Of a stretch of 64,000 nucleotides of DNA, positions 61,420 to 64,000 are shown one piece after another. The stretch spans positions 85,188,001 through 85,252,000 of the forward strand of contig OX597818.1 in NCBI GenBank assembly GCA_951406725.2, given 5' to 3'. The translations under genes and the position numbers were made by a program. Below the pieces are notes generated by a model. The model saw nothing but the letters and a program-made list of their open reading frames with translations, searched no databases and was not told the DNA's origin. How positions within the stretch are numbered: position 1 is the stretch's first letter; each line of letters starts with the position of its first letter. Source of the DNA: Octopus vulgaris (lineage: Eukaryota).

Positions 61420-61611
61420 AGTGAGAATTTAGAAAAAGAACAAAAGATGAAGATGGGTGTGTAAACAACAAACAGATGTATTAGTTTAAGACTCGGGAAG
61501 TGAGAAAGTCTTCTACGTTTCAAGCCTACGCTCTTAGACAGAAATGAACACAGAGAAATAAACAGGAAGTGAAAATAAAAATAGATATAGTGGCTAACAA
61601 TCTATCATAGC

Positions 61612-61614
<3 letters not shown>
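61420..61614 (-). mobile_element. Short element embedded in (TA)n with a hammerhead-like motif (possible Penelope-derived)
   Basis: (TA)n on both sides; minus strand reads ctgtcta-a-gagc-gtag-gctt-gaaac-gta. Confidence 0.45.
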
Positions 61615-61649
<35 letters not shown>

Positions 61650-61706
61650 GTGCATGTTATGTCAACTGATAGAGTACGCAATACTTTTTAGTAGAGTGTG
61701 TGTTTA

Positions 61707-61933
61707 TTAACTCTTTAGTATTTAAACTGGTCATATCCGGTCCAAATAGTCTACCTGTTTTATATTAAAGCTGACCAAATCCAGCCTCTCACACTTACCT
61801 TACAATGTTAATCTAAAAATAAACTATCATATATTCAAAATCTTGAAGCTACAAGATCATACATGATTAATTTTGCAACATGAATTAATGATCATTACAT
61901 TTGACAGATTTAGCTGAATACTGAAAGAGTTAA
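61707..61933 (-). mobile_element. piggyBac-like MITE family D
   Basis: TTAActcttt-agtatt ... aatact-gaaagagTTAA. Confidence 0.85.
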
Positions 61934-63100
61934 GCATAACAAAGGCAAATAAGCTGACACTTCGAAGTACCTGTCAACCATTTCCTTGTAAAAGTTCAAT
62001 ATACCTACATAAATGCATACGTATTTGTGTGTATGTGTGTGTATATATATAAATATATATATGTACATACACACGTGTGTACATGTATGAATATATGTTT
62101 ACACATATGTACGAGAGTGTATATTTATATATATTTACACACACACACACACACACACACTCACATATATGTACATACATACACACATACTTAAGGGAAG
62201 ACCAATATTGCTTTATTGTGCACATGTATTATTGGTGCAGTTAGTCGCAATCATTAATGACCTGCCATATTGGTATATAGAAGCCAGTTCTTTATTGCTA
62301 TAGCTGTATTGACAGTCTGTGTTTGTATAAACTTTTTATGGTATATACTCTTCATTTATATGTTTATATTATTTTATTTTTTCTCCCTCTTTGATATTTG
62401 CTTTATTTTCTTTTGTTGCTTTTTAATCTTTGTTTTTTGTTCTCCATGGTTTTATTTTTTATAGTTTTTTTTTTATAACGTGGAGATAAATAACTGTTGA
62501 ACTATCACAATTAATATGTGTGTTTATTTGGCACCAACATCATGTTGGTTTTTCCCTCTGTTCTCGCTTTTTGTCTTCCTGTATACACACACACACACAC
62601 ACATGCAATCACTTGTGCGCATTTATGTGTGTGCGTATACATAAATATAGACACATGTACATTTAATGTGAAATACATATGTGTATATACAAATACACAC
62701 GTGTGCATTTCATACACCCCTCTCTCTCTCTCTCACTCTCTATTTATGTATACGTACATACAGTGTGTGTGTTTGCGCATTATACACTCACACATGTATG
62801 TATATATGAGAAAACTGTCCTGGACAGTCTGTAAATCTATTACTAGCACTATGTTCTATCTATAACCTAAACTCTAGATTTTAAATACATATAACAGTGA
62901 CTGGGTCATTACCTTGCAATGCTGAGTTCAATTCTGGTCATTGGATCTAGAGAAGCCTCTATTTAATTTCACACAGTCATTTCATTATCTTCAAACTTTT
63001 GTTCTGATTCTGAGCTATGTGCAATGTCTTGAGTGTGAAACAGTACATTGTATGTTAATCCTTTTGTTACTATACTTTTATTGTAAAACACTGACTTTCT

Positions 63101-63325
63101 TCATCATCATCATCATTTAATATCCATTTTCCAATGCTGGCAAGGGCTGAATGGCTTGACAAGAGCTGGAGAGCTGCTCAGGCTCCATGTCAGTTTTGGC
63201 ATGGTTCCTATGGCTGGATGCCCTCCCTAATGCCAACCACTTTACAGAATTTACTGGATGCTTTCACACAGCACCAGCACTGATGCACCACCACAGGTGT
63301 TTTCTTATGTGACCCAGGCACCCAT
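63101..63325 (-). mobile_element. Retroposon family F, 3' part
   Basis: (cat)n ttaatatccattttcc..tatggctggatgccctccctaatgccaaccactttacaga. Confidence 0.8.
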
Positions 63326-63482
63326 TAATTTTGAATGTGTCTGCCTGGCTGTCATCATCATTTTATTTTCCAAATGATGAGACTTCTTCAGATGTCTGAC
63401 CTGCTGCTTTTCTTTGCTTGAGCACTTTTAGTTGTCCTTCATATCATGAAGGGGTACTGTGTATTCAGTCTAAAATGGTGGT

Positions 63483-63515
<33 letters not shown>

Positions 63516-63576
63516 CATGCACATATGAATGAAATAGAACTTAGTTCATAAGAATGTGTATGTGCATAAGTATGTA

Positions 63577-63793
63577 TGGGGAGATGGTGAAAAATTCCTG
63601 CATTTGGGTAAAAGAAAATAAAGGAGGATCAGTTTATTATGATTTTATTGAACATTTTCCTGTCTTTGATTCACACACTTATTGCAGCAGTCCTTCGGGT
63701 TTTCTAAGCCCTATAAAAGAACTTGGAAGGTTGGGCCTCCAAGCAGGCCTTTCACGACACCCTTAAAGCCAGGAACTTTTCAGTACTCCCTCA
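63577..63793. mobile_element. Tc1/mariner-like MITE
   Basis: Colinear with 14278-14494; right TIR aaagccaggaacttttcagtactccctca. Confidence 0.8.
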
Positions 63794-63821
63794 TGTGTGT
63801 GTGTGTGTCAATATATATACA

Positions 63822-64000
63822 TAAGGAAATGCTAAAACATTCCTGGCTTTGGGTAAAAGAAAATAAAGGAGGAACAGTTAATTATGATTTCATTCAACAT
63901 ATTCCCCTCTCAGATTCACACCCTTATTGCACTGACCCTACAGTTTTTCAAAGCCCTGTAAAAAAAACTCAGAGGGTTGGGTCTCCAGCCAGGCCTTTTG
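63822..64000. mobile_element. Tc1/mariner-like MITE, cut by the window edge
   Basis: ttcctggctttgggtaaaagaaaataaaggagg..ccagccaggcctt. Confidence 0.8.

Overview
AT-rich (by eye about one third GC), microsatellite-dense eukaryotic non-coding DNA. I can support no protein-coding exon, tRNA, rRNA or CRISPR array. Nearly all ORFs in the track are translated (TA)n, (TG)n, (CT)n or (ATT)n repeats or decayed transposons. The repeat families and composition look like a coleoid cephalopod (Octopus-like) genome, probably a very large intron or an intergenic region; this is recognition from memory, not a database result. The window is a mosaic of: (i) tRNA-headed SINE families, which I label A, B, C and G, plus a tail-related family F, sharing and swapping modules; (ii) TTAA-flanked piggyBac-like MITEs (D, E), mariner-like and hAT-like MITEs, and an ~830-bp TIR element; (iii) relics of Rex3/Expander-like and other RTE LINEs and a CR1-like LINE; (iv) two unclassified repeats (H, I). 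Letters A-I are my own labels and boundaries are approximate. Most worth following up: degenerate minimal hammerhead-ribozyme motifs of the Penelope type (20127, 37602, 61501), apparent (ATT)n-targeted head-to-tail SINE stacking, modular SINE heads and tails, two pre-miRNA-sized hairpins near 59.0 and 59.85 kb, and a perfect palindrome carrying two AP-1 sites. I do not see a demonstrable new gene-encoded system.
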